Below are positions 20,141-30,300 of a DNA stretch of 64,000 nt, piece by piece; the stretch's first letter is position 1; every line of letters starts with the position of its first letter. Position numbers and translations under genes: made by a program. The stretch lies in the IMG/VR virus record IMGVR_UViG_3300044981_000214. One strand, given 5' to 3'. The stretch is from a virus (lineage: Duplodnaviria; Caudoviricetes). A model generated the notes under the pieces. The model was given only the letters and a program-made list of their open reading frames with translations, was not told the DNA's origin and did no database searches.

Positions 20141-20686
20141 ATGGCAGAATTCGTTGATGTCGTAAACATGAATCTGAACGACCCAAATCTGACTCCGTCG
20201 GATGGGCGGAAGTTCCCCAAGGTCGATCCGGGCACTTACGCGTTCGAGATCGAGAAGGCTACGTTTGACCAGAGCAAGAAAGGCAATAAGACCCTCAAGA
20301 TCACGGCTAAGGTTCTCGACGACGGGCCGATGAAGGATCGCAACATGATCGGGTCATACGTGATCGATAACGAGGATTTTTCTCGTCGTCGTATGAAGGC
20401 GATTGTTGAGGGCACTGGTGTTGTCCTCGACAAGAATGGATCCTTCAAGCTAGAGGACTTGCAGGGTCTCTGCTTCACTGCTGACGTCATACTCGACGAG
20501 TATGAGGCTCTCAATGAGAAGACGGGCATGAAGGAGATGCGGTCGTTCACCAAGTGGGTGTCCGAGCGTCCAGTTGAGGGTGCTGCTCCGACAGCGACTG
20601 CTACAGCTCCGGCCAACGCCGCGAACGCGCCTCGGCGTCCAGCTGCACCGAATGGTACGCGGACTGCGCCGCGTAACCCGGCGTAG
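20141..20686 (+). CDS. DUF669-like single-stranded DNA-binding protein
   Basis: VDPGTY.FEI..A....SKKGNK.LKI pattern; Ala/Pro tail; follows Sak4-like gene. Confidence 0.7.
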   Translation: MAEFVDVVNMNLNDPNLTPSDGRKFPKVDPGTYAFEIEKATFDQSKKGNKTLKITAKVLDDGPMKDRNMIGSYVIDNEDFSRRRMKAIVEGTGVVLDKNGSFKLEDLQGLCFTADVILDEYEALNEKTGMKEMRSFTKWVSERPVEGAAPTATATAPANAANAPRRPAAPNGTRTAPRNPA

Positions 20687-20699
20687 CCAGTAAGTAACT

Positions 20700-20827
20700 T
20701 AGACGATCTTACTGACTGTGTTGTTTGATACAGTCAAGAAGACCTGATCGATGTTATGTTGGATGACTTACTTTTGTCATCAATCTGACAGCGATCAGGT
20801 CTTCTAGCAAGAATTGATCGTTGTCTA
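20700..20827 (+). ncRNA. candidate structured RNA element upstream of nrdJ
   Basis: 14-bp perfect inverted repeat AGAAGACCTGATCG (20737-20750)/CGATCAGGTCTTCT (20792-20805), inner GATGAC/GTCATC stem, extra GACTGT/ACAGTC hairpin. Confidence 0.5.
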
Positions 20828-20852
20828 CTCCAACCCGAGGAGCTGGTAAAAC

Positions 20853-22922
20853 ATGTCGTCAGTTGAGTCTATCGTGACAGTAACTAACGAGCCGCGGGAG
20901 CGAAAGAACAAAAGTAAAGAAGTTCAGGTAACACTTTTTACTTTAGATGACGATTTCTTAAAGCAGTACATAGGCAAGCAGCCAAAATGGGGACCGGTTG
21001 GGTACGTTACGTATAAAAGAACATACGCCAGGTCACTGAATACAATCAACAAACGCCATCAGGAGTTAGCCACTGCGAACGGACTAAAGACATCCGAGGA
21101 ATGGTGGTTGACTGTTTGTAGAGTCGTTGAAGGCACGTATCAAATACAGCAACGCCATTGCAAGACGTTGAACTTGCGTTGGCAGCCTAGTAAGGCTCAG
21201 GCATCTGCACAGGAGATGTATGACTTGATATTCAACTTCAAGTTCACACCTCCTGGGCGTGGTCTGTGGATGATGGGCACGCCCTATGTTGAGAAAGTGG
21301 GCGGTGCATCATTAAATAATTGTGCCTTTGTATCCACTGAAGATATTGATGTTGCGTTCTCGGAACCATTTACTTTCTTGATGGATGTTTCCATGCTTGG
21401 CGTAGGTGTTGGTTTCGATACCAAAGGCGCTGGTAAGCTGATAATACAAAATCCCGTCCAAGGAAACGATGTTCACGTTGTTGAAGACAGTCGTGAAGGA
21501 TGGGTAGATTTATTAGGTCGAGTACTCGATGCTTTCGTAGGGAAAGCTACGCTACCAAAGACAGTCGACTATTCAAAACTGCGCCTTTATGGCGCGTTGA
21601 TTCAGGGCTTTGGTGGTACGTCTTCAGGCCCAGAGCCGCTAATTGAACTAGTCGATTTCTTGATCGCGTTTTTGACAAAGCGCGTTGGTTCTTTTCTTGA
21701 GTCAACTGACATCGTGGATATAGCCAACGTTATTGGTCGGTGTGTAGTCGCTGGCAACGTTAGGCGATCGGCTGAGCTATCGCTAGGCGAACCTTCAGAC
21801 CGCGATTTCTTGAATCTCAAGAATAAGAAGCTGCATCCCGATGCGTGCGCGAATTGGCGATGGGCGTCTAACAATTCAATTCTTGCAACTGTAGGCATGG
21901 ACTACACCGAAGTATCCAAGCTGACAGCTACGAACGGCGAGCCTGGGTATGTTTGGCTGGACAACGCACGCAAGTATGGACGTATGGGCCGTGATCCCGA
22001 CTTCAAGGACATGGCCGTTAAAGGCGTCAATCCTTGTTCAGAACAGTCGCTGGAGTCGTACGAGCTGTGCTGCTTAGCTGAAGTCTTCCCATCCAACCAT
22101 GACTCCTATGAGGAGCTAGAGCGTACACTCAAGTTCGTATATCTCTATGCCAAGACGGTAACGTTGGTACCGACGCACATCCCTCAAACGAACGCCGTGA
22201 TGCTAAGAAATAGGCGCATCGGTGTATCGATGACTGGCATCGTGCAAGCGATAGCAAAATTTGGTCGTCGTGAATTCTTTTCTATGTGTGATAGAGGATA
22301 TGAGCACATCAAGAGACGCGATGAGCAATACAGCCGTTGGTTGTGCGTGCCGATGTCAAACAAGCGGACGTCAGTGAAGCCAAGCGGATCAGTATCCAAA
22401 TTAGCAGGAGTGCCTTCAGGTATCCACCATCCTCATAGCGAGTATTACTATCAGGTGATTCGGTTTGCAGCCGACTCGCCTCTGATGTTCAAGTTCAAGG
22501 CTGCAGGGTATACATGTTACGATTTAGCACCGGCAGAACCTAACACTGTTGCCGTATACTTCCCAGTTCACGAGGAACACTTTGACCGTGCAAAAGACGA
22601 TGTTTCTATCTGGGAACAGGTAGAGCTAGCATGTCAGATGCAGCAGTACTGGGCGGACAATCAAGTGTCTATCACAGTGACTTTCTCTGAGGCTGAAGCC
22701 AAAGACCTAAAATACGTATTGGAGTACTGTGAGACGCGTGTCAAAGGCATTTCTTTCTTGCCTGCACGTGAACACGGCTACTCGCATCCACCGCTACAGA
22801 AGATCACGAAAGAAGTTTATGACGAGTATGTAGCCAAGCTGTTGCCGGTTGAAATTGGTGAGACGACAAATGAAGTACAGGACAAGTTTTGCGAAGGCGA
22901 TTCTTGTTTGTTACCTAGATAA
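20853..22922 (+). CDS. nrdJ: class II adenosylcobalamin-dependent ribonucleotide reductase (monomeric RTPR type)
   Basis: PPGRGLW, LNNCAF, VVAGNVRRSA, GVNPCSEQ, ELCCL, TSVKPSGS, C-terminal FCEGDSC. Confidence 0.93.
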   Translation: MSSVESIVTVTNEPRERKNKSKEVQVTLFTLDDDFLKQYIGKQPKWGPVGYVTYKRTYARSLNTINKRHQELATANGLKTSEEWWLTVCRVVEGTYQIQQRHCKTLNLRWQPSKAQASAQEMYDLIFNFKFTPPGRGLWMMGTPYVEKVGGASLNNCAFVSTEDIDVAFSEPFTFLMDVSMLGVGVGFDTKGAGKLIIQNPVQGNDVHVVEDSREGWVDLLGRVLDAFVGKATLPKTVDYSKLRLYGALIQGFGGTSSGPEPLIELVDFLIAFLTKRVGSFLESTDIVDIANVIGRCVVAGNVRRSAELSLGEPSDRDFLNLKNKKLHPDACANWRWASNNSILATVGMDYTEVSKLTATNGEPGYVWLDNARKYGRMGRDPDFKDMAVKGVNPCSEQSLESYELCCLAEVFPSNHDSYEELERTLKFVYLYAKTVTLVPTHIPQTNAVMLRNRRIGVSMTGIVQAIAKFGRREFFSMCDRGYEHIKRRDEQYSRWLCVPMSNKRTSVKPSGSVSKLAGVPSGIHHPHSEYYYQVIRFAADSPLMFKFKAAGYTCYDLAPAEPNTVAVYFPVHEEHFDRAKDDVSIWEQVELACQMQQYWADNQVSITVTFSEAEAKDLKYVLEYCETRVKGISFLPAREHGYSHPPLQKITKEVYDEYVAKLLPVEIGETTNEVQDKFCEGDSCLLPR

Positions 22923-22931
22923 CTTAGAAAG

Positions 22932-25900
22932 ATGCCTGTTCACTTGCCAGTCGTCGCTGACACCGACGATGATACGCCAACACAAATTCGTGGCAATGCT
23001 ACAGGCGCAGCCTGTGGTGAGTGCCCGTTTGGACGTAATGGCAAGCCTAGCCAATCTGTAATGGGTATTGGATCCAGTAAGCCAATCTGGATTATCGTTG
23101 GCGAAGGTCCAGGACAGCAAGAACGGCAAACTGGAATCCCATTTGTCGGAGTCTCGGGTCAGTTGGTAAATAGAGTTCTCAGTGAAATTGGTGTCAATCG
23201 TGATTCATTGTGGATTACGAATAGTATGCTGTGCACAGATCCCGGTGCAACTGACGACCAAAAGAAATTGGCACGTAAGTGTTGCCAGCCTCGGCTCAAA
23301 GAAGAGTTGAAGCAATTCCCCGGCAAGCCAATATTGGCTCTAGGTGCTGTTGCTGCACAGAACTTCTGCGGTGACCGCTTCAGCATCACACAAATGGCCG
23401 GAGCCCATTTTGAAGTCGACGCTGACGGTACCGGTGAGCTGCGTAGTTTGATTCCAACGATTCACCCAGCGGCCATTCTGCGAGGCGGGTCCGCTAAAGG
23501 CGGGGGCGGTGGGCACACGACCGATTTGGCTTACTGGAACTTGTTGTATGACGCGCAGAAGATCAACCTGCTAACGCGTGGGCGTGACATCAAATTTACT
23601 GAAGACGTTCTATTCGAAGGCACTGACGTAGCGAAAGCCCAGAAGCTACTCGAAGACTTTGTCGTAGAGGCAAGACAGACCAAGCTGTTTGCACTCGATA
23701 CTGAGACCTATGTTGATAACAAGAAACAGCACTCGGCGCTGTCTCCGTTTACGGCCAAGTTAAGCGCGATCGGATTAGCGACAGAGAAATATGCAATCAG
23801 CATCGCGTGGAACATTCTCACGACGTACGGGAAGAACCTGATCGGTGAGCTGCTGGCCGACCCAGAGATGACCGTAATTTTCCATAACTCAACCTATGAT
23901 TTAGCTGTGCTAACCAAACATGAATTCGTCATAAATGCAAAGACTCAGGACACGTTATTAGCTCACCATAACGCGTTCCCTGGATTAGCGCACGGCTTAC
24001 AACGGGTCATCACCCAGTTTCAATTAACGAAGCCATGGAAGAGTGAATTTCAAAAGTCTGAAGGCGTGGACGGTGTAGACGGTCTTTTACGCTATTGCGC
24101 TTTGGATACACTCAGTACAGCACGTGTTCTCAATCCACTACAGATTATAATCAAGCGGAGTCAAGCCGAGAAGACTTACGAGATTGACAAGTCAATGGCA
24201 CGCGTGGCGGCTCAAATGCACCTCGACGGTGTCCCTATTGATCGCGAGGTCAACGAGTCATTACGACAAGGGTTTAAAAAGCACATAGAGGAAGTAAAGA
24301 CTGAACTTTACGGACGCCTTAATGATCCTGGTGTTCGTGACATGTTCCATGAACGGTTAGCTACTGAGCAAGCCAAGCGGGTCCGCAAACACGACCCTCA
24401 GGATGACTATCTAGGGCGCGTGGACAAGCGTCTAGAGGAGATTAGAGCTAGGCCACCTGAGCTGATGCTCGATGCTGGTGAGCACGTTGTGGCCTTTCTC
24501 AAAGCGTGTGGCGTGCCGTTGTCCTTAACAACAGCAACTGGACGGATCTCAACGAAGAAAGAAATTCTTGAGAGCGTTATCAGGTTCAAGGAAGTTCAAG
24601 AACTGCTCACTTACCGTGAAAATTCTAAGCTCAACAACACGTTCGCCGAACGTATGTTCGATCGGATACTTCCGAACGGTAAGATACTTTATGGTCACGC
24701 TGACAGTAACAACAGAATACATCCTCGTTGGAATGTATTCGCCATCACAGGTCGTTGGAGGTCAGAAGGTCCGACCGTCCAAAATTGGCCAAAAGCAGAC
24801 AAGAAAAAAGGCCGTCCAAACCTAAGAAGCCAGGTTGTAGCACCTAAAAATAGGCAACTTGTTGCTTTCGATGCTAAGCAGTTAGAAGCTCGCATTATTG
24901 CCCTACTTTCTGGTGATCCGTTCCTTTGTAATATTTTCAAGAATGGCCGAGACATCCATACTGAGTTCGCCAAGCTGATCTGGCCAGACTTTGACCAGAA
25001 GCACGTAGACGAGCGTAAAGTTCTCCGGGATCTGGTTAAGAGACCTGAGTACTGTCTGGTACCAGGGACGCGGGTATTGACTGAAGATTTACGTTGGGTA
25101 CCAATTGAGACACTGAAAGTTAATGATCGATTGATAGGGTTCAGCGCGACGCAACCAGGTCAACGTTGGAAGGAGAATTACTTCAAGCCATCGGTTGTGC
25201 AAGCTACTAAGACAATCAAACAGCCCTGCTATCGAGTGGTCACAACTAAAGGCGAGTTTACAGCTAGCGATGAACATCTATGGGTTGGCGGATCGGCATC
25301 CGAATGGCTTCGTACAGATCAGTTACGGACAGGCGAAAGATTAATTTTCACAGATACAGCATTGTCTGCGCCACGAGGTGCTGAAGTACTCTCTGTTGAG
25401 TTTGTTGGTGAACGTGAAGTGATCGCGTTACAGACTTCTACGGAGACCTTTATTGCTGAAGGATTCCTAAGTCACAACTGTACATTTTACGCAGGTATGC
25501 CTGAGACAGCTTGGAAGGCTGTAGTTCGTGACTATCCAAGTGTGACCCTACAGATGATTACAGGCATGGTTCACGCTCTCCATCGTCAAATGCCGGGCAT
25601 AGATCGATGGCATCAGAACATGCGTCGTCAGGTCGACGCTACCGGTGAAGTTCGCAGTGCAATATTAGGCCGCCGTAGAGTTTTTCCGTTAAAGCAGTTT
25701 GATCCTAGCGAGGCAATTAATTTTCCTAGCCAAGCGACTGGAGCAGATATCATTGATATGGGTCTGCATGAAATCATGCCACAGTTGCCTGATGACTGCT
25801 TTCCGATTCTACACATCCATGACGCGATCGTTTTTGATTGCCGCGCGGAAGACGTTGATCTAGTCAAGCAACTTGTAATCAAGTGCTTTACCAGGCAAGT

Positions 25901-25973
25901 TACGTACAACGGTATCACGATGGATTTCCCTGTCGATGCCAAGAGCGGATCGTCGTGGGCAGAAGTGAACTAA
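22932..25973 (+). CDS. polA: family A DNA polymerase with N-terminal family-4 UDG domain, 3'-5' exonuclease and intein
   Basis: UDG: CGEC, VGEGPG..E..PFVG.SG, HPAAILR; exo: ALDTET, HNSTYD, YCALD; pol: TGRW, DAKQLEAR, KRPEY/CTFY, IHDAI. Confidence 0.93.
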   Translation: MPVHLPVVADTDDDTPTQIRGNATGAACGECPFGRNGKPSQSVMGIGSSKPIWIIVGEGPGQQERQTGIPFVGVSGQLVNRVLSEIGVNRDSLWITNSMLCTDPGATDDQKKLARKCCQPRLKEELKQFPGKPILALGAVAAQNFCGDRFSITQMAGAHFEVDADGTGELRSLIPTIHPAAILRGGSAKGGGGGHTTDLAYWNLLYDAQKINLLTRGRDIKFTEDVLFEGTDVAKAQKLLEDFVVEARQTKLFALDTETYVDNKKQHSALSPFTAKLSAIGLATEKYAISIAWNILTTYGKNLIGELLADPEMTVIFHNSTYDLAVLTKHEFVINAKTQDTLLAHHNAFPGLAHGLQRVITQFQLTKPWKSEFQKSEGVDGVDGLLRYCALDTLSTARVLNPLQIIIKRSQAEKTYEIDKSMARVAAQMHLDGVPIDREVNESLRQGFKKHIEEVKTELYGRLNDPGVRDMFHERLATEQAKRVRKHDPQDDYLGRVDKRLEEIRARPPELMLDAGEHVVAFLKACGVPLSLTTATGRISTKKEILESVIRFKEVQELLTYRENSKLNNTFAERMFDRILPNGKILYGHADSNNRIHPRWNVFAITGRWRSEGPTVQNWPKADKKKGRPNLRSQVVAPKNRQLVAFDAKQLEARIIALLSGDPFLCNIFKNGRDIHTEFAKLIWPDFDQKHVDERKVLRDLVKRPEYCLVPGTRVLTEDLRWVPIETLKVNDRLIGFSATQPGQRWKENYFKPSVVQATKTIKQPCYRVVTTKGEFTASDEHLWVGGSASEWLRTDQLRTGERLIFTDTALSAPRGAEVLSVEFVGEREVIALQTSTETFIAEGFLSHNCTFYAGMPETAWKAVVRDYPSVTLQMITGMVHALHRQMPGIDRWHQNMRRQVDATGEVRSAILGRRRVFPLKQFDPSEAINFPSQATGADIIDMGLHEIMPQLPDDCFPILHIHDAIVFDCRAEDVDLVKQLVIKCFTRQVTYNGITMDFPVDAKSGSSWAEVN
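25053..25478 (+). mobile_element. mini-intein (142 aa, no homing endonuclease) in polymerase motif B
   Basis: Starts CLVPGTRVLT, block B TASDEHLW, ends FIAEGFLSHN followed by Cys; removal restores KRPEYCTFYAG. Confidence 0.92.
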
Positions 25974-25976
25974 TCT

Positions 25977-27500
25977 ATGGCCAACATAAAAGACAACCGT
26001 ATCTATATCGACATGACGCCTGCCAAGGTGTTCGTACCGACGCCCACACATGAAGCTATTTTTGAGGACGTAAAATTTGGGCGTTCCGCGACGATAACGG
26101 CCAGAGCCGGCGGAGGTAAATCGTCGTCGCTGGCTGAGTCAACTAAATATCTCGACCAACGTAATCAACGCATCCTGATGACAACGTTTGCGACTGAAGC
26201 TTCCGGTGATCTAAAGGGCAAAGTATCGGAACACGTCAAAGTCAAAACGCTCCACGCCATCGGCTGGCGAATACTTAAGAGCCACGACCCTCAAATCGAA
26301 ACTGACCGTAGTCGTGGAGTCAAAAACATTGCGAAGTTTACGCCCAACGGTGAACCTGGAGATCGTTACGCTGTTGCCAGTATTGTTTCTTACGCCAAGA
26401 ACACCTTGGCGTCGTCACGGCAGAATCTCGACGATATTTATGGCATCTTAGCTCCGTCACCGCCGACTTACTCACGGTCGACGGTGATTGATATTGCAGA
26501 ACAGGTGTTGGAGTTTGCGAAAAAGCCTAACGGTTTCATGGATTTTGACGACATGATTTGGCTGCCGAATGTATGGGGGCTCCAGGGAGCCCCGTGGGAT
26601 GTCGTCTTCATAGACGAAGCGCAAGATATAAACTTGGCTCAGGTGGGCATCCTCAATAAATCTGTCCAGCCAAATGTTACGGCTATATATGCTGTGGCCG
26701 ATCCGGCTCAGGCGATTTATTCGTGGCGCGGCGCTCTCCCACAAGCAATGGAAGCGCTCAAGTTAAATTTCTCGATCAACAGATCGCACCTGCTGCCTAT
26801 CAGCTACCGCTGCGATACAGCAATTATCCAGTACGCTCAGCAGATCGTACCTGATATTCAAGCTCGACCCAACGCGCTTCCAGGCATCGTACGACAGGTC
26901 TACACCCTCCAGGCAACGCGGCCACGAGATTTTGTCATCTCACGGGCTAACCGTGACCTGTTTCAGGCTCAGCGTGTGTTGAGGCGTGCAGGCAAGCTGT
27001 GCACGATCTTAGGGGATCGATTTCAAAAAGTTCTTGAAGACTTGCTTAGGAAGTCAAAAGCGGATAGTGTGCCAAAATTGATTCAGTGGCTTGACACATA
27101 CTGGTCGGTCGAACGTGGGGCGATACAGAAAAAGTATCCCGAACCGTGTAACACCCGTGCGCGATTAGTAGAAGACCTAGATGACCGCGTCGGTTCACTG
27201 CGTGAGCTAGCAACAGGGTGCCTGTCGATCAGCGCCGTGCAGGGGGCTATCTATCAGGCTTTTTCTGCGCCTGGACCAGACCACGTTCTATTGATGACCG
27301 TACACAAAGCCAAAGGCCTAGAGGCCGACTGCGTATGGCTCATTGGGGACTCGTTTGCGTGGTTCCGTAGGCAATATCAACGGCAGTACGCGCATGAAGT
27401 TGCAGACGGGATGGACGTAGAGGATGATAACCTGGCCTACGTTGCTATCACACGTGCTCGTCACGAACTGAATATCGTGACGGGGACAAGAAAAATATGA
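25977..27500 (+). CDS. UvrD/Rep-like SF1 helicase
   Basis: ARAGGGKS, TLHAIG, FIDEAQD, DPAQAIYSWRGA, SYRC, TVHKAKGLE, YVAITRAR. Confidence 0.9.
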   Translation: MANIKDNRIYIDMTPAKVFVPTPTHEAIFEDVKFGRSATITARAGGGKSSSLAESTKYLDQRNQRILMTTFATEASGDLKGKVSEHVKVKTLHAIGWRILKSHDPQIETDRSRGVKNIAKFTPNGEPGDRYAVASIVSYAKNTLASSRQNLDDIYGILAPSPPTYSRSTVIDIAEQVLEFAKKPNGFMDFDDMIWLPNVWGLQGAPWDVVFIDEAQDINLAQVGILNKSVQPNVTAIYAVADPAQAIYSWRGALPQAMEALKLNFSINRSHLLPISYRCDTAIIQYAQQIVPDIQARPNALPGIVRQVYTLQATRPRDFVISRANRDLFQAQRVLRRAGKLCTILGDRFQKVLEDLLRKSKADSVPKLIQWLDTYWSVERGAIQKKYPEPCNTRARLVEDLDDRVGSLRELATGCLSISAVQGAIYQAFSAPGPDHVLLMTVHKAKGLEADCVWLIGDSFAWFRRQYQRQYAHEVADGMDVEDDNLAYVAITRARHELNIVTGTRKI

Positions 27501-27655
27501 GCGCTGAAACGTTTCCTTCTAAGTATGTTCGCAAATTAACATGGCGAGAGGCACGAGACATTGCCATCTCACTAGTACATGCGATTCTAGCGTTGCATGG
27601 ATTGCCCTGTCCTGATTGTAAATCAGCGCCATGGTGCAAGCAAATTAGTCTTTGA
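27497..27655 (+). CDS. small hypothetical protein (52 aa)
   Basis: Manually translated; ATGA overlap with helicase stop; CPDC. Confidence 0.45.
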   Translation: MSAETFPSKYVRKLTWREARDIAISLVHAILALHGLPCPDCKSAPWCKQISL

Positions 27656-27687
27656 CTCCGTGGATCAGATAACCGGGAGCGTTATCC

Positions 27688-29727
27688 GTGAATGATGAAT
27701 CTGTAGAGTATGTTGTAGAGCAAGCATTCGGGTCGGGCGGGCTAATCGCCAAACACAAGCCTGATTACGTTAAGCGTGAAGGTCAAATCGCACTAGCAAC
27801 TGAGATTGGTAATACGCTTGAAGACGGCGCAATCCTATTAGCCGAGGGCGCGACCGGCGTAGGTAAGTCGGTCGCATATCTAATCCCTTCAATTCATTAC
27901 GCAATTAAGAGCAAGTCCAATGTCTTGGTCGTTACAGCTAATAAAGCCCTGCAGGACCAGCTAATCGAAAAAGACTTACCGCTCCTCCAAACGGCTCTAG
28001 CCGATACACTACCGTTTACATTTTCTTCGCTCAAGGGCCGGAGCAACTATCTGTGCCAACGCGAGATGACGATGTACGAGGACAAAACTCGTACGAGCGT
28101 TGGCACTACCATGATGCCGTCGATGATCGGGCAGACTTCTGGTCCAATGCTTTGGCCGGATGAAAATTTAGCTACTGAAGGTGAAGCGCTGATCGCTTGG
28201 GGAAGTGCCCTACCTGCACCAAGTGGCGAACGCTCTGATGCACCCAGTGGCATTTCTGATAAGGCTTGGAGGTTACTCTCGGTCTCGGCTGAAAACTGTG
28301 ACCGAGGGAACTGCCCGCACTACGAAACATGCTTTGCAGAGAAAGCGGGCGATAAAGCACGCACCTGCAATATCGTAGTGGTCAACTACGACTTGCTATT
28401 TAGCAAGCTGATGCACAGCAAAGACCCGCTGTGGAAGCAATTCAAGGTAGCGGTCCTCGACGAATGCCATGAGGCTGCAGGTATAGCTCGTCGTTGCTTC
28501 ACTGTCGAAATCAGCGATGCAAGCTTCCGAGCTTTGGCTAGAACTTTGACCGACAGAATTGGCAAGCATGATCTAGCCAAAGCCATTCGCGATGCCATTG
28601 GACCTTTCTTTGAGCGCATGTCTGACTACGCCCAAGGTGTTCGTGGAGCCCGCATTGAAGACCCGAACTTCATCGACATATCTAACATCACTGAAGTGCT
28701 GCAGGATGTTCTCGATAACGTAAAGGCTCGCTGCGGGGGCTGCATAGAAGGCGAGTTATGTGGCAACTGTAACGACCGTATGAGGGTCCGGTCACGAGCT
28801 GAAGAGCTGTCGAAGCACCTGACCGAGTTCGTGGCGCAGTCCAACGATCAGGTTGCGTATTGGCTCGATAAAGGCGCAGATCACGGGAAAGTCAGCGGTC
28901 TTACAGTCAAGCTATGTGCTGCCCCGTATGACGTTCGTGAGCACCTGCGTGAGATGGTTTTCAATAAGTTTGAATCTGTCATCTGTACGTCAGCTACCAT
29001 GACGAGCGGCGGAACATTTGATTTTATTCGTAGCGAGCTGGGATTGGATACCGTTGCCTTGAATGCTCGTGTCGAGACTATTCGTGTTGCCAGTCCGTTC
29101 GATTATGCTCGTCAAGCCAAGTTTGTAATACCGTTGGGTATTCCGTTCCCAACGAAAGAAAATGAGGCAGCCTTCGACGACGCGACCGTTAAGGCACTGA
29201 AGCAGTTGATTCATGAGTGCAAGGGACGATTACTGGCACTATTTACGTCGCGGAAGCGGCTTAATTACGTAGCTGATAGGCTTACAGACCAGATCAACTA
29301 TCCGTTGTTGGTCCAAGGCAAAGACGGCCAGAACAAACTGCTGGCGCAGATGTTTCGTGATCAGACCGATAGCGTGTTGCTAGCCACAAAGTCGTTCTGG
29401 ACCGGGTTGGACGTCAGTGGTGAGGCGTTGTCGTGCTTGGTAATCGACAAATTGCCATTCGAGTCCTTCGATGATCCGTTCGTCGATATGTGGAAGAAGA
29501 AGAATCCAGATCGTTTTTTCGATAGCTACTACGTACCGCGAGCAGCTATCACGTTGGCGCAAGGTGCCGGTCGCCTGATTAGGAGTGTCGACGACGTTGG
29601 CGTGTTTGTCTTGCTCGACCAACGCATCAAGGCGTATAAGTATGGTCGAGCATTCTTGGCTAGCTTGCCATTCAAAGGGTTTAGTGAGACCTTGTCCGAT
29701 GCTGGAAAGTTTCTAAACGGCAAATAA
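27688..29727 (+). CDS. dinG: DinG/YoaA-family Fe-S helicase
   Basis: REGQ, EGATGVGKSVAYL, LKGRSNYLC, C..C..C, LDECH, TSATM, FWTGLDV, IDKLPF, QGAGRLIR. Confidence 0.9.
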   Translation: MNDESVEYVVEQAFGSGGLIAKHKPDYVKREGQIALATEIGNTLEDGAILLAEGATGVGKSVAYLIPSIHYAIKSKSNVLVVTANKALQDQLIEKDLPLLQTALADTLPFTFSSLKGRSNYLCQREMTMYEDKTRTSVGTTMMPSMIGQTSGPMLWPDENLATEGEALIAWGSALPAPSGERSDAPSGISDKAWRLLSVSAENCDRGNCPHYETCFAEKAGDKARTCNIVVVNYDLLFSKLMHSKDPLWKQFKVAVLDECHEAAGIARRCFTVEISDASFRALARTLTDRIGKHDLAKAIRDAIGPFFERMSDYAQGVRGARIEDPNFIDISNITEVLQDVLDNVKARCGGCIEGELCGNCNDRMRVRSRAEELSKHLTEFVAQSNDQVAYWLDKGADHGKVSGLTVKLCAAPYDVREHLREMVFNKFESVICTSATMTSGGTFDFIRSELGLDTVALNARVETIRVASPFDYARQAKFVIPLGIPFPTKENEAAFDDATVKALKQLIHECKGRLLALFTSRKRLNYVADRLTDQINYPLLVQGKDGQNKLLAQMFRDQTDSVLLATKSFWTGLDVSGEALSCLVIDKLPFESFDDPFVDMWKKKNPDRFFDSYYVPRAAITLAQGAGRLIRSVDDVGVFVLLDQRIKAYKYGRAFLASLPFKGFSETLSDAGKFLNGK

Positions 29728-29745
29728 AACACAGGAGGGGCGTTA

Positions 29746-30300
29746 ATGCGCTACAAGACACTCGACGGATTTACCCATCAAGACGACCCTAATGATAGCC
29801 GCTATACAGCCTGTGGACTATACAAGGTAAGCCATCCAGGGAGTCCTGTAGCTAATATTGTGAATTGCCCTAATTGTAGGGTTGATGTCTTGCAGCATCA
29901 GCTAGAACAAAAAGAAAACCAGGATCAACTCCAACGACTTACGGCCTTAGAACAAGAACGCGCCCAAGCACGTGCAGCTGAGCTACGTAAACAATATGAT
30001 CTGGAGCAGGTAAAGGTCGCGACAATAGCCGCTGAGAGTCGGACATGGTGGAAGAAGTACGACGACTATTTGAATAGCGAAAGTTGGCTATTGAAGCGAG
30101 CCAAAGTTCTTGAACGCGCTGGTCGCAGGTGTGAGGCTTGCGGTGAAGCTTGGGCTACGCAAGTTCACCACGTGACGTATGAACATGTTTTCGATGAGCC
30201 TTTATTTGATCTACGCGCTGTATGCGTTCCATGTCATGAACGCTTGACGGCCGCCGATAGGTCAAGGAGGAAGGGAGTTTTTGGGCGTGAAGAAGATTAA
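29746..30300 (+). CDS. HNH endonuclease
   Basis: YLNSESW..KR..VLERA..RCEAC...QVHH..Y...LRAVCVPCH. Confidence 0.85.
   Translation: MRYKTLDGFTHQDDPNDSRYTACGLYKVSHPGSPVANIVNCPNCRVDVLQHQLEQKENQDQLQRLTALEQERAQARAAELRKQYDLEQVKVATIAAESRTWWKKYDDYLNSESWLLKRAKVLERAGRRCEACGEAWATQVHHVTYEHVFDEPLFDLRAVCVPCHERLTAADRSRRKGVFGREED

Noticed and set aside
20700-20852. Cobalamin riboswitch before nrdJ
   Set aside because: Conserved B12-box sequences not seen; kept only as an unassigned structure
17913-29727. Cas4-like nuclease plus DinG as a type IV CRISPR system
   Set aside because: No Cas7/Cas5/Cas6 genes or array; both sit in an ordinary replication/recombination block
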